Assembly (NCBI GenBank): GCA_965220745.1
Contig: CBDCQT010000013.1
Coordinates: forward strand, 160,001 to 224,000
Length of the DNA: 64,000 nucleotides
DNA from: Alphaproteobacteria bacterium
GTDB lineage: Bacteria; Pseudomonadota; Alphaproteobacteria; UBA828
Direction: 5' to 3'
The notes under the pieces were generated by a model, which had not been told where the DNA came from, ran no database searches, and saw only the letters and a list, made by a program, of their open reading frames with translations. Every line of letters starts with the position of its first letter. Position 1 is the first letter of the stretch. Shown one piece after another: positions 43,269 to 53,820 of the stretch. A program made the translations under genes and the position numbers.

Positions 43269-44950
43269 GCGCGCCCGAGAGGACCGCCGCGCCCAGCGTC
43301 CAGCGCGATGCGCTGCACTTCCTGCCCCTCGGCGGGGCCGGCGAGATCGGCATGAACCTCAACCTCTACGCCTGCCAGGGCCAGTGGCTGATGGTCGATC
43401 TCGGCATCACCTTCGCGGGCGACACGCTGCCCGGCATCGACGTAATCATGCCGGACCCGGCGTTCATCGAGGAGCGCTGGAAGGACCTGCTGGCCATCGT
43501 GCTGACCCATGCCCACGAGGACCATCTGGGCGCGGTCGCCTATCTCTGGCCGAGGCTGCGCTGCCCCGTGTACGCGACCCCGTTCGCCGCCGCAGTGCTG
43601 CGCGAGAAGCTGGCGGACGCGAAGCTGCTCTCGGAGGTGCCACTGACCGAGGTGGCGCTCTCCAGCCGGCTCGATCTCGGGCCGTTCGCGCTCACCTTCA
43701 TTTCGCTCACCCACTCGATCCCGGAGCCGAACGCGCTGCTCATCGAGACGCCCTACGGGCGCGTCATGCACACGGGCGACTGGAAGATCGATCCCGACCC
43801 CCTGGTGGGCGATCCCCTGGACGAGGCCGCGCTGCGGCAGGCGGGCGAGGCCGGCGTGCTCGCTTTGGTCGGCGATTCCACGAATGCGACGGTCGAAGGC
43901 GAGTCCGGATCGGAAGGCGAGGTGCGCGAAACCCTCGCGCGCCTGATCGCCGAGCGCGAGCAGGGCATCGCGGTCACCCTCTTCGCCTCCAACGTCGCCC
44001 GGCTCGAGTCGGTGGCGCTGGCGGCGCGGGACGCGGGTCGGGAGCCGGTGCTGGTCGGGCGCTCGCTCCATCGCTACGTGCGGGCGGCGCGCGCCTGCGG
44101 CTATCTCGACGGCGTTCGTCTGCTCACGGAGGACGAGGGCGCGCCGCTGCACAGCAGCCAAGTGGTCTATCTCTGTACCGGCTGCCAGGGCGAGCCGCGC
44201 GCCGCCATGTCTCGGATTGGCTCGGATAACCATCCGCGGGTGAGCCTCGGCGATGGCGATACGGTGATCTTCTCGTCGAAGATCATCCCCGGCAACGAGC
44301 GGACGATTGGCGACCTGCATAACAGGCTGCTACGGCGCGGTATCGAGGTCATCACGGAGAACGACGCAAGCGTGCACGTCTCCGGCCATCCCTGCCGGGG
44401 CGAGCTGCGCCAGATGTACCAATGGATTAGGCCGCAGATTGCGGTGCCGGTGCACGGCGAGGCGCGCCACATGCAGGCGCATGGCGCATTGGCCCGCGCG
44501 CTGCAGGTGCCGGAGCCGATCTTCGTCGAGAACGGCGATCTGCTGCGCCTTGCGCCGGGGCCGGCCACGGTGATCGGCCGCGCGCCGGCCGGGCGGCTCG
44601 CGCTGGACGGCGAGCAGATCGTCGCGACCAATCACGTCTCCATCGGCGCGCGCCGCAAGCTGATGCACAATGGGGCGGTCTTCGTCTCTGTCGTGGTCGA
44701 CCGCAGCGGGCGCACGCTTGTTTCGCCCCAGGTCTCGGGCCGGGGAATCCTGGACGGGGAGGACGAGGAGGCGACGCGGGAGGCGATTGCGGCGGACGTC
44801 GCGGACGCAGTGGACTCTCTGCCGCGGGCGCAGGCGCGCGAGGAGACCGCGATCGAACAGGCTGCGCGGCAAGCCATCCGCCGCGCGCTACGCGAGAGCC
44901 ACGGCAAGCGCCCGGTGATCGACGTGCAGATCGCGCGGGTGCCGGGCTGA
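43265..44950 (+). CDS. rnj: Ribonuclease J
   Basis: [26 protein letters not shown] and PVHGE. Confidence 0.94.
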   Translation: MSAPERTAAPSVQRDALHFLPLGGAGEIGMNLNLYACQGQWLMVDLGITFAGDTLPGIDVIMPDPAFIEERWKDLLAIVLTHAHEDHLGAVAYLWPRLRCPVYATPFAAAVLREKLADAKLLSEVPLTEVALSSRLDLGPFALTFISLTHSIPEPNALLIETPYGRVMHTGDWKIDPDPLVGDPLDEAALRQAGEAGVLALVGDSTNATVEGESGSEGEVRETLARLIAEREQGIAVTLFASNVARLESVALAARDAGREPVLVGRSLHRYVRAARACGYLDGVRLLTEDEGAPLHSSQVVYLCTGCQGEPRAAMSRIGSDNHPRVSLGDGDTVIFSSKIIPGNERTIGDLHNRLLRRGIEVITENDASVHVSGHPCRGELRQMYQWIRPQIAVPVHGEARHMQAHGALARALQVPEPIFVENGDLLRLAPGPATVIGRAPAGRLALDGEQIVATNHVSIGARRKLMHNGAVFVSVVVDRSGRTLVSPQVSGRGILDGEDEEATREAIAADVADAVDSLPRAQAREETAIEQAARQAIRRALRESHGKRPVIDVQIARVPG

Positions 44951-44963
44951 GCGGAGCCAGACC

Positions 44964-45368
44964 ATGATTGGACGCCTGAACCATGTCGCCATCGCCGTGC
45001 CCGACCTCCCGGCGGCGAGCGCGCTTTATCGCGGGACGCTCGGCGCCGAGGTCTCCGACCCTCTGGACCTGCCCGAGCACGGAGTGACGACGGTCTTCGT
45101 CACGCTGCCCAACACCAAGCTCGAACTGCTGCACCCGCTGGGCGATGGCTCGCCGATTGCGGGCTTCCTCGCCAAGAGCCCGTCGGGCGGCATCCACCAT
45201 CTCTGCTACGAGGTGGACGATATCTACGCGGCGCGCGACCGCCTGGTGGCGGAAGGCGCGCGAGTGCTGGGCGACGGCGAGCCGCGCACCGGCGCCCACG
45301 GCAAACCAGTGATTTTCCTCCACCCCAAGGACTTCTGCGGCACGCTGGTCGAGCTGGAGCAGGTCTGA
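44964..45368 (+). CDS. mce: Methylmalonyl-CoA epimerase
   Basis: LNHVAIAV, GGIHHLC and FLHPKDFCGTLVELEQ. Confidence 0.92.
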   Translation: MIGRLNHVAIAVPDLPAASALYRGTLGAEVSDPLDLPEHGVTTVFVTLPNTKLELLHPLGDGSPIAGFLAKSPSGGIHHLCYEVDDIYAARDRLVAEGARVLGDGEPRTGAHGKPVIFLHPKDFCGTLVELEQV

Positions 45369-45378
45369 GGCCGCCGCC

Positions 45379-45621
45379 GTGGACGCCTTCGGCATCATCG
45401 TCGTCTTCGTGATCGCCTGGTGGCTCTCCTTCTTCGTTGCGCTGCCGTTCGGGATCAGGCCCATCGAGAATCCGGAGCCCGGCCACGCCCCCGGCGCCCC
45501 TCAACGACCGCGGCTCTGGCGCAAGGCGGCGATCGCCACCGTAGCGGGCAGCGTGATCACCGGCGCCATCGTCGGCATCGTCGAGGCCGGCTGGCTCTCG
45601 CTCGAGACCTTCGCGGAATAA
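45379..45621 (+). CDS. DUF1467-like small membrane protein
   Basis: WWLSFFVALPFG..GAP pattern and its usual position after mce. Confidence 0.75.
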   Translation: MDAFGIIVVFVIAWWLSFFVALPFGIRPIENPEPGHAPGAPQRPRLWRKAAIATVAGSVITGAIVGIVEAGWLSLETFAE

Positions 45622-45642
45622 GCGCGGGGCGGGCGGGGAGCC

Positions 45643-46179
45643 GTGACGAGCTACTGCGATATCGCGCCGGGGCATCCCTTCCACGGGCCCTATCACGACC
45701 GGGTATACGGCTTCCCGGTGCGGGACGACGACCGGCTGTTCGAACGCCTCATCCTGGAGATCAACCAGGCCGGGCTCTCCTGGCTCACGATCCTGAAGAA
45801 GCAGGAGGCCTTCGTGGCCGCCTTCGAGGGCTTCGAGATTGCGCGGGTCGCGGCCTACGGCGATGAGGAGCGGGCCCGGCTGCTGGCCGATGCGGGCATC
45901 ATCCGCAACCGGCTCAAGGTCGATGCCGCCATCGAGAACGCCAGGCGTATCCAGGCGTTACAAGAGTCTCACGGCTCCTTCGCCGCCTGGCTCGACGCGC
46001 ATCATCCGAGGCTGCACGCGGATTGGGTGAAGCTTTTCAAGGCCCACTTCAAGTTTACGGGCGGCGAAATCTGTCGCGAGTTTCTGCTGTCGACCGGCTA
46101 TCTGGAAGGTGCCCACCGACCTGACTGCCCCGTCTATGACGAGATTATGAAACAGGGGCCGCCCTGGTCTCGTGCCTGA
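45643..46179 (+). CDS. tag: DNA-3-methyladenine glycosylase I
   Basis: YHD, QAGLSW, GIIRNRLK and C-terminal HxxxC Zn ligands. Confidence 0.9.
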   Translation: MTSYCDIAPGHPFHGPYHDRVYGFPVRDDDRLFERLILEINQAGLSWLTILKKQEAFVAAFEGFEIARVAAYGDEERARLLADAGIIRNRLKVDAAIENARRIQALQESHGSFAAWLDAHHPRLHADWVKLFKAHFKFTGGEICREFLLSTGYLEGAHRPDCPVYDEIMKQGPPWSRA

Positions 46180-46187
46180 TCCAGAAA

Positions 46188-47363
46188 TTAGACGGCGATT
46201 TCGTCCACTCTCACCCAGCGCCGCTCGGCATCCGAGAGAATGCAAGCGTCGATCACGCGCTGGACCTCCGCGGCAAGTCTGAAATCGGGATAGGCTGGCT
46301 TGCTGGCGGCAACCGCTTCGATGAGGTCCTGAACCTCCATCACCTTGAAGTCGTTGTAACCGGCGCCAATGCCCGGGACCGGGTAAAACGCCCCGTAGCG
46401 CGGGTCGCTCGGCCCCGTCGAGATGTGCTTGAAGCCCGATGTACCGGGATCGCCGTCCTCCTTGTAGACCTGCAGGTCGTTGATGCGGTCGTAGAAGTAG
46501 CGGAGTGCGCCCCCAGTGCCGGTCAGCTCGTAGCCGATATCCATGCGCTTACCGACAGAGACGCGGCTCATCTCCATGTGCCCGTTCAGCCCGCCCGAGG
46601 TCCTGAACATTGCGGTCGCGAGGTCGTCCGTGTCGACCTGCATCATCTGGCCGCTGCTACCGCCGGCATCCATGCTGAAGCCGCCGTGAGCCTCCGGTGC
46701 CGGGCGTTCCGGGATGACGATTTCGAGGTTGCACACCACCTCCACGACCGGTTGATCGATGAGGTGCTGCAGATAAGCGAAGCAATGCGCCCCGATGTCA
46801 CCGATCACGCCGGAGCCGGCCTGCGCCTTGTCGTTACGCCAGGAGAACGGAATCTCCGGCCGGCCCAGGAAGTCGGCGCTGAAGGAGCCGCGGTAATAGC
46901 TCGGCGCCCCGATCTCGCCGTCCGCGACCAGCCGCTTGGCCAGCGTCTGCACCGGATTCTTGATGTAGTTAAAGCCCACCATAGTAATGACGCCGGCCTT
47001 CTCGGCCGCCTCCGCCATTGCGAACGCTTCCTTTGCGTCGTTGGCGAGGGGCTTCTCGCAGTAGACGTGCTTGCCGGCGGCGATCGCGGCCATCGCCATC
47101 TCGAAGTGGAAGTCGTTCGGCGTGTCGATGTCGACGATGTCGATGGTTGGGTCGTCGATAATCTCCCGCCAATCCGCCGTATGGCGGCGGAAACCGAGCT
47201 CTCGGGCCGCGCGGCTCGCGATCTCCTCGTTCACCTCGGCGACGACCTCCAGCACCGGAACCGCCGGCTCGCCGCCGAAGGCGAGCGGCTGGGCGCGATA
47301 GCACATGGCGTGGGTCTTGCCCATCCAGCCGGCACCGATGAGGCCGATCTTCAACTCTCTCAT
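46188..47363 (-). CDS. Gfo/Idh/MocA family oxidoreductase
   Basis: GAGWMG, CEKP and GDIGAH. Confidence 0.88.
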   Translation of the reverse strand: MRELKIGLIGAGWMGKTHAMCYRAQPLAFGGEPAVPVLEVVAEVNEEIASRAARELGFRRHTADWREIIDDPTIDIVDIDTPNDFHFEMAMAAIAAGKHVYCEKPLANDAKEAFAMAEAAEKAGVITMVGFNYIKNPVQTLAKRLVADGEIGAPSYYRGSFSADFLGRPEIPFSWRNDKAQAGSGVIGDIGAHCFAYLQHLIDQPVVEVVCNLEIVIPERPAPEAHGGFSMDAGGSSGQMMQVDTDDLATAMFRTSGGLNGHMEMSRVSVGKRMDIGYELTGTGGALRYFYDRINDLQVYKEDGDPGTSGFKHISTGPSDPRYGAFYPVPGIGAGYNDFKVMEVQDLIEAVAASKPAYPDFRLAAEVQRVIDACILSDAERRWVRVDEIAV

Positions 47364-47643
47364 AATTCATTCCAATCTCAGGGTTATTCGTTGGCGGAGG
47401 GGCCGCGAGGGAAGCAATAGGAGGAGGCCGAAGAACACAGAACCGCCCGGCGGCGGCATCCTATCAAGGGCCTCGAAACCGAGCCAGACTCGGCTGGCGA
47501 ATGGCGCTGGCCTTGGCACCCGCGATCGGTCACCATGCCGCGCAGCGCAGGCCCCGGTGGCGCACCAAGCAGTCGCGCGTGCCGGGCAGGGGAAGCCACG
47601 CGCCGCAGGCTCCAGGCGGCGCCCAGGACCAGGGAGATGACAC

Positions 47644-48405
47644 ATGGATCTCGGATTGAAGGGCAGGAAGTCGCTGGTGACGGGCGGCACCAAGGGTATC
47701 GGCCGCGCAATCGCGAACGAGTTGGCGGCAGAGGGCTCCGACGTTGCGATCTGTGCGCGCACCGAAGCCGATGTGGAGGAGGCGGTCTCCGCGCTCGCCG
47801 CGACCGGCGTTCGCGCGTCGGGCCGCGCGCTCGATGTCGGCGACGGGCCGGCGGTACGTCAGTGGGTCGACGACGTGGCGGCCGAGTTCGGCGGGCTCGA
47901 CATCGTGGTGCCCAATGTCAGCGCGCTTGCGGCCAGCCCGGACCTGGAGTCCTGGCAGAAGGAATTCAATGTCGACATGATGCATACCGTGCATGCGGTG
48001 GAGGCAGCGCTGCCGCACCTGGAAAAGTCCGATGCGGGCTCCATCGTGGTCATTTCGAGCGTCTCGGGTATCGAGATCGACTTCGCCGCCGGTCCCTACG
48101 GCGTCTTCAAGGCGGCGCTGATCCACTATGCCGCCGGCCTTGCTCGCCAGCTCGCACCCAAGGGCATCCGCGCCAACTCGGTCTCGCCCGGCAACACCTA
48201 CTTCGAAGGTGGCTTCTGGCAGGACATCGAGAAAGGCAATCCGGATCTGTTCAATCTGGCCTTGAGCCTCAACAAGACGGGGCGCATGGCGACCGCCGAG
48301 GAGGTGGCCAACGCGACGGTGTTCCTCGCGAGCCCGAGGGCGAGCTTCATCACCGGCACCAACATCAAGGTGGACGGCGCGCTCACCGACGGCGTGCAGT
48401 ACTGA
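47644..48405 (+). CDS. SDR family oxidoreductase
   Basis: TGGTKGIG and YGVFK (YxxxK). Confidence 0.9.
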   Translation: MDLGLKGRKSLVTGGTKGIGRAIANELAAEGSDVAICARTEADVEEAVSALAATGVRASGRALDVGDGPAVRQWVDDVAAEFGGLDIVVPNVSALAASPDLESWQKEFNVDMMHTVHAVEAALPHLEKSDAGSIVVISSVSGIEIDFAAGPYGVFKAALIHYAAGLARQLAPKGIRANSVSPGNTYFEGGFWQDIEKGNPDLFNLALSLNKTGRMATAEEVANATVFLASPRASFITGTNIKVDGALTDGVQY

Positions 48406-48436
48406 GCCGTTTCGGGGGCGATCGGGGGAGGCGGCG

Positions 48437-48907
48437 ATGGCGGAAACGGAGTGGACGGTCTACCTCTCCGGCGAGATCCATACTGACTGGCGCGATCGGG
48501 TCCGCGATGGGGCCAAAGCGGAGGGCCTCGATATCGCCTTCGTCTCCCCGGTTACCGACCACGCGGCGAGCGACGATTGCGGGGTCGCCATCCTTGGTGC
48601 CGAGGAGAGATCATTCTGGAAGGACCACAAGGGCGCGCGGGTCAACGCGATCCGCAATCGTACCCTGATCCGGCGCGCGGATATCGTGGTGGTGCGCTTC
48701 GGCGACAAGTACCGGCAGTGGAACGCGGCCTTCGATGCCGGCTACGCTGCCGCACTCGACAAACCCATCATCACGCTGCACGAGCCGGCTCTGACCCATG
48801 CGCTGAAGGAGGTGGACGGTGCAGCGCTCGCCGTGGCCGAGACGCCCGAGCAAGTGGTCGAGCTGTTGCGCTACGCGATGACTGGCACGCTCCCGTCCGC
48901 TGCTTAG
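48437..48907 (+). CDS. YtoQ family protein (nucleoside deoxyribosyltransferase-like fold)
   Basis: VYLSGEIHTDWR and KYRQWNAAFDAG. Confidence 0.8.
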   Translation: MAETEWTVYLSGEIHTDWRDRVRDGAKAEGLDIAFVSPVTDHAASDDCGVAILGAEERSFWKDHKGARVNAIRNRTLIRRADIVVVRFGDKYRQWNAAFDAGYAAALDKPIITLHEPALTHALKEVDGAALAVAETPEQVVELLRYAMTGTLPSAA

Positions 48908-48920
48908 GGAGGCTCAGCCC

Positions 48921-49382
48921 ATGCCCAAGATCGATATCGACCGGGTGCCGGCGAAGACCGGCTCGCTCTATCCGCCGCCTTACAACGTGATGGCGGACGG
49001 ACGCATCAAGCAGGCGCTGGGCGATGCGGGCGGGTTGACTCAATTCGGGGTCAACCTGACGCGCCTGCCGCCCGGCGCCGCCAGCGCGCAGCGCCACTGG
49101 CACGAAGCCGAGGATGAGCTGGTCTTTGTCGTTTCTGGCGAGCTGGTGCTGATCGAAGAGGGCGGCGAAACCCCGCTCAGGGCAGGGGAGGCGGCCACGT
49201 TCAAGGCCGGCCATGCCGACGGCCACTACCTGTTGAACCGCTCCACGGAGGATGCCGTGGTGCTGGAGATCGGGACCCGCGCCAGCGAGGAGCGCTGCCA
49301 GTATCCCGATATCGATCTCGTCTACGAGAAGCGCGGCGGCAAGGTCCACTTCACCAACAGGGCGGGCGACCCCTACGACTGA
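48921..49382 (+). CDS. Cupin domain protein
   Basis: QFGVNL, RHWHEAEDE and GH motifs. Confidence 0.85.
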   Translation: MPKIDIDRVPAKTGSLYPPPYNVMADGRIKQALGDAGGLTQFGVNLTRLPPGAASAQRHWHEAEDELVFVVSGELVLIEEGGETPLRAGEAATFKAGHADGHYLLNRSTEDAVVLEIGTRASEERCQYPDIDLVYEKRGGKVHFTNRAGDPYD

Positions 49383-49406
49383 TCCGCGCCGGGGAGCGGC
49401 CCCGGC

Positions 49407-51296
49407 CTATTCGCCGATGGCCGGCCGGTAGGTCCCGAAGTTCCAGAGGTGGCCTTCCGGGTCGCGCGCCGAAAAATCGCGGGAGCCGTAGGGCGTGTCC
49501 TCCAACTCGCGAACGATCTCGGCACCGGCCTCGACGGCGCGGGCGTAGTGGGCGTCCGCATCCTCGACCACGATATAGATCGACTGCGTGACGCCGCCGA
49601 GGTCACAAGGCGTCCGCATTTGCAGCTCGTCGTCTCGTATCGAGCCCACCATGACCATGCCGCCATCGAACGCGAGCTGGGCATGGGCGATCGTGTCGTC
49701 GGGACCCGGAACAACTAAGTTCTCGCTGAAGCCGAAGGCCTTCTTGAGCCATTCGATCGCCGCGGGCGCATCTCGGTAGCTAAGGCATGGAATGATGGAG
49801 GGACCTGTCTCGGTCATGGCGGCATCCTTCATGCTCTGTAGGAGGGGGTGCTCGGCGGGGCGTTCGGCCTCGGCCTGCGCTTCTGGGGCTGGCGGCGGAG
49901 GCTGCTCCTCCGTCTCCGGCAATGTGGGCTCCGCCACCGTCTCCGGCCGCTCGGGCTGGACTTCGGCTTCGAGCGCGGCGTGTTCGAAGCAGCGCGCAGT
50001 GTTGCGGCCCGGTGGGCCGAGGGCGAGGAACGCATCGTACGGCAGGCCGAGGGTCTGGCCGACCTCCTCCACCTCTTCGACCGTCCGCAGTTCAAGGAAG
50101 CCCTCATCCGCCTCTGCGACTTCGACGACGAAGGTGGTGGTCACGGCCTGCCGGTTTTCGTCCAGCACCACCGGCCCACCGAACGGTGTGTCGAATTCCA
50201 GCTCGGAAAGGGCTTCGCGCAGGCTCTCGTGACCCTCCCCGAGCTCACCGTCAGTCTCTTCCAGGGCGAGGAACAACGCCTTGGCATTGACGTAATAGGA
50301 AAGCGCGAAAAGGCTCGGCGCCGGGTCTGCGTCCGGGAAGCGCTCGCGGAAGTGTTCTGTGAACGCCTCCCAGTCGTCGTTGTCGTCGCTCTCCGATACC
50401 GGAAGCGCCGAAATCGCACCCTCCAGCAAGGGGCGGATGGCGTCGCCCGCGCGCAAGAGGCTGCCGCTGAGCGTCGTCGAGCTTGCCACGATGGCGGCCT
50501 GACCACCGGCCTTGCCATAGGCTTCGAGGAAGCTCTTCGCCGTGCGGGGGTCCAGCGCCAGGAGCAGCGCGTCCGTTTCGGCACGGGCGACCCTCTCCGC
50601 AAGACGCGCGGTATCGCTCGCGCCGGGGGAGACCCAGTGGTTCCCCAGCACGTGGCCGCCTGCGGCGCAATAATCCAGCATGAAGCCCATGAGCTGGGTG
50701 TAGGGCAGGGAGTAGTCCTCTCCGACCGTGACGATCGTGCGGATATCCTTCTCGTCGTAGGCGTAGCGACCGAGTCCCCCGATCCACTGCATGCTGTCGG
50801 GGTTGAAGCGGAAGAAGTTCTCGGCCGGCGTGCGCAAGGTGGCATCCTGCGCGGCCGACGCCCCGTTGATGAAAGTCACGTCCGGCACACTCTTGGCGAA
50901 TTCGCGGATCGCGATTCCTTCGATGCCGGCGAGGGGGCCGATGACGATGCTGGCGCCGCCATCGATCAGCAGGCGCGCTTTCGCGACCACCGAGTCCGGC
51001 GTCCCGTCCGTGGACTCGATGAGGGTCTCGATGGGCCGCTCGCCGTCGCCCTCCTCGTGCTCCTGCACGGCAATTTCGTAGCCGCGCAGGGCATCCCGGC
51101 CGAGCGGCTCGAACGCCCCTTCGAGGGTCGCGAGCACGCCGATCTTCAGGGTGTCCGTTTCGGCGTTCGCCTGAGCGCCAATCAGGAGAAGTGTGGTGAG
51201 AAGGACGGCCCACGCCATGCGGCGAAGAGCGCACGGCGCGGGACCGCGGACTCGCCCAGGTCGTCCGCTTGCTGAGCGTGGCGGTGCCTTCGTCAC
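49407..51296 (-). CDS. LivJ-type ABC substrate-binding protein fused in frame to a C-terminal VOC/glyoxalase domain
   Basis: Signal peptide ..AQANA, KIGVLA and ENFFRF, then a Pro/Glu linker, then IIPCLSYRDAPAAIEWL..RDPEGHLWNFG. Start codon uncertain. Confidence 0.75.
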   Translation of the reverse strand: MTKAPPRSASGRPGRVRGPAPCALRRMAWAVLLTTLLLIGAQANAETDTLKIGVLATLEGAFEPLGRDALRGYEIAVQEHEEGDGERPIETLIESTDGTPDSVVAKARLLIDGGASIVIGPLAGIEGIAIREFAKSVPDVTFINGASAAQDATLRTPAENFFRFNPDSMQWIGGLGRYAYDEKDIRTIVTVGEDYSLPYTQLMGFMLDYCAAGGHVLGNHWVSPGASDTARLAERVARAETDALLLALDPRTAKSFLEAYGKAGGQAAIVASSTTLSGSLLRAGDAIRPLLEGAISALPVSESDDNDDWEAFTEHFRERFPDADPAPSLFALSYYVNAKALFLALEETDGELGEGHESLREALSELEFDTPFGGPVVLDENRQAVTTTFVVEVAEADEGFLELRTVEEVEEVGQTLGLPYDAFLALGPPGRNTARCFEHAALEAEVQPERPETVAEPTLPETEEQPPPPAPEAQAEAERPAEHPLLQSMKDAAMTETGPSIIPCLSYRDAPAAIEWLKKAFGFSENLVVPGPDDTIAHAQLAFDGGMVMVGSIRDDELQMRTPCDLGGVTQSIYIVVEDADAHYARAVEAGAEIVRELEDTPYGSRDFSARDPEGHLWNFGTYRPAIGE

Positions 51297-51559
51297 GCTA
51301 TGCCGATCATGTCAAATGTATGCCACTCAAAACATTGGAAGTTTGGCGGAGCGTCCCAGCGCTCGCGCGACACCGGGGCAAGCTCTTATAGCCGCCTGCA
51401 CCGGCCAACGCCATGCGCGCGTCGCAAGGTACGACAAGAGCATCCGCTCAATTCCGGCCGTGACCGCTTTGGTCTCAGAGGCTAGGCTATCAGCCAGCGG
51501 GTAGTCGGCGCTTGGCTTCGTGAGTCCGGCCCGGCGCCCTGAAGAGGGAGGAAGCAAAC

Positions 51560-52858
51560 ATGGCTAAGACCAAGGAGCATCGGAGACTGGGACCGAGCCG
51601 GCGCTCGATCCTCAAGGGTGCCGCCGCGGTGGCCGGCGTCGCGGCCGGCACCAAGGCGCTCGGCGGATTTCCGACAATCTGGGCGCAGGACACGAAAGAC
51701 ATCACGATCAACCACTCCGGCATGTCGTACTCGACGATCATCCAAATCGCCGAGCAGGCGACGGTTGATCTGCCATTCACGGTGGAGATGTCCGTCACCG
51801 ATCACGCCGGCATGCTCAACCGGCTGACCACGCAGTCCGATTCCATCGATGTCGCCGACATCGAGCTCTGGATGCGGGTCATCACAGTGCCGCGCGGCAT
51901 CTACCAGGCGGTCGATCCAGCCAAGATCACACATTGGGACAAGGCAACCACGATCTATCGGGACGGCCAGCTGGAGGGCAAGCAGATCTCGCGCCAGGGG
52001 GTTTCGCCCCATGAGGTGATGTACTTCACCGATGCCGACGCGAATGCTCTCGCCGACGGCAACACCGATTACGCGACCATGATCCCGGGCGTGTTCAACG
52101 CCGATACGCTCGGCATTCAGCCGGTCGAGATCGGCCGCCCCATCAACAACTGGCATGAGCTCTTCAACGACGAGTTCAACGGCCGTGCAGCGGGCATGGA
52201 CATCCCGCCGATCATGATCATGGACGCAGCGCTCGCGATCGAATCGACCGGCGAGTACACCTATGCCGACAAGGGCAACATGACCAAGGAAGAGATCACG
52301 ATGACCGTGGACCGGCTCATCGATCTCAAGAAGAAGGGACATTGGCGGGCACTCTGGGGCACCTTCGATCAGTCGGTGCAGCTGATGACCTCGGGCGAGG
52401 TGGTGATCCAGTCCATGTGGTCGCCGGCGGTGACCGCGGTACGCGCCCAGGGTGTGCCCTGCGTCTATCAGCCGCTCGCCGAGGGCTACCGGGGCTGGGG
52501 CAACGGGCTCAGCCTGATGAGCCACCTCGAGGGCAAGAGGCTCGGCGCGGCCTACGACTACCTCAACTGGTACTACAGCGGCTGGATGGGCGCCTTCATC
52601 GCGAAGCAGGGCTACTATCTCGGCGTCTCGGAGACCGCGAAGGCCTTCATGGAGCCCTTCGAGTGGGATTACTGGTACGAGGGCAAGCCGGCTGAGGACA
52701 CGATCCACGATCCCTACGGCACCCCGATGGAGAAAGCGGGGCACGTTCGCGACGGGGGCTCGTTCTCGCAGCGGTTCGGCAACATGGCGTGTTGGAACAC
52801 GCTGATGGACAACCACCAGTTCCTGCTCAAGAAGTGGACCGAGCTGCAGACGGCCTAA
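51560..52858 (+). CDS. Tat-exported PotD/PotF-like ABC substrate-binding protein
   Basis: SRRSILKG signal, QSMWSP and EGYRGW. Lies upstream of two permeases. Confidence 0.85.
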   Translation: MAKTKEHRRLGPSRRSILKGAAAVAGVAAGTKALGGFPTIWAQDTKDITINHSGMSYSTIIQIAEQATVDLPFTVEMSVTDHAGMLNRLTTQSDSIDVADIELWMRVITVPRGIYQAVDPAKITHWDKATTIYRDGQLEGKQISRQGVSPHEVMYFTDADANALADGNTDYATMIPGVFNADTLGIQPVEIGRPINNWHELFNDEFNGRAAGMDIPPIMIMDAALAIESTGEYTYADKGNMTKEEITMTVDRLIDLKKKGHWRALWGTFDQSVQLMTSGEVVIQSMWSPAVTAVRAQGVPCVYQPLAEGYRGWGNGLSLMSHLEGKRLGAAYDYLNWYYSGWMGAFIAKQGYYLGVSETAKAFMEPFEWDYWYEGKPAEDTIHDPYGTPMEKAGHVRDGGSFSQRFGNMACWNTLMDNHQFLLKKWTELQTA

Positions 52859-52873
52859 GTATCGTTATCCGCG

Positions 52874-52909
52874 CGGGCGGGGCTGATGAACCAGCCCCGC
52901 CCCGATCTT
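52874..52909 (+). terminator. Stem-loop after the binding-protein gene (attenuating or stabilising hairpin)
   Basis: Perfect 12-bp stem CGGGCGGGGCTG/CAGCCCCGCCCG followed by ATCTTT. Confidence 0.6.
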
Positions 52910-52916
52910 TCGCTCG

Positions 52917-53810
52917 ATGCGACTCAGACTTTCATTGAGTAACGGCACCGGCGCCAAGCGGAGGCCGGGGGTGAAGGCGGTGCCGCTCGGCTTCGCTCTG
53001 GGGGTCTTCTTCATCCTGCCGCTGGGTGTGCTGCTCGCAGTCAGCTTCTTCGAGAACGACATGATCTTCGGCATGCGGCCCGCGCTTACGCCGGAGAGTT
53101 ATGTCGAGCTGTTCACCACCATGAACACGCTCTGGCTCTATCTGAGCACGTTGAAATTTGCGGCGATCGTCTGGGCCGTTACGCTGCTGATCGGATTCAC
53201 CATTGCCTATTTTCTGGTGTTCCACGTCCGCTCGCTCCTGATCGCGATCGGTCTCTTTCTGCTTTGCACCGTTCCGTTCTGGACCTCCAACATCATCCGG
53301 ATGATTTCGTGGATACCGCTGCTGGGTAAGCAGGGGCTGGTCAACCAGGCGCTGATGGGTCTCGGTATCGTCGACGATCCGGTGGAGTGGCTACTCTTCT
53401 CGGACTTCTCGGTGGTGGTGAGCTACGTCCACCTGTTCACGCTGTTCATGATCGTGCCGATCTTCAATTCGATGGCGCGCATCGACAAAGCGCTGATCGA
53501 GGCGGCGCGGGACGCGGGGGCGAGCTCTCTCCGCATCATGTGGGAGGTCATCGTTCCGCTCTCCCGCAGCGGCATCGCCTTGGGCTCGATCTTCGTCATC
53601 GTGCTCGTGATGGGAGACTTCTTCGTCATCAAGGTGATGAGCGGCGGGCGCAGCGCCTCCGTCGTCTCCTCCATCTTCGAGGACATCAACGTGCTGCTCT
53701 ACCCGTCCGGGGCGGCGAGTGCCGTGGTGCTGCTGATCGTCGTGGTGATGATGGTGATGGGTGTGCTGCGGGTGGTCAACATCCGCAGGGAACTCGCGGG
53801 CAGTTCGTAG
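52917..53810 (+). CDS. PotB-like ABC permease
   Basis: PFWTSNIIR and LIEAARDAGA. Start may be GTG 52971. Confidence 0.88.
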   Translation: MRLRLSLSNGTGAKRRPGVKAVPLGFALGVFFILPLGVLLAVSFFENDMIFGMRPALTPESYVELFTTMNTLWLYLSTLKFAAIVWAVTLLIGFTIAYFLVFHVRSLLIAIGLFLLCTVPFWTSNIIRMISWIPLLGKQGLVNQALMGLGIVDDPVEWLLFSDFSVVVSYVHLFTLFMIVPIFNSMARIDKALIEAARDAGASSLRIMWEVIVPLSRSGIALGSIFVIVLVMGDFFVIKVMSGGRSASVVSSIFEDINVLLYPSGAASAVVLLIVVVMMVMGVLRVVNIRRELAGSS

Positions 53811-53820
53811 GAGCGGAGGC

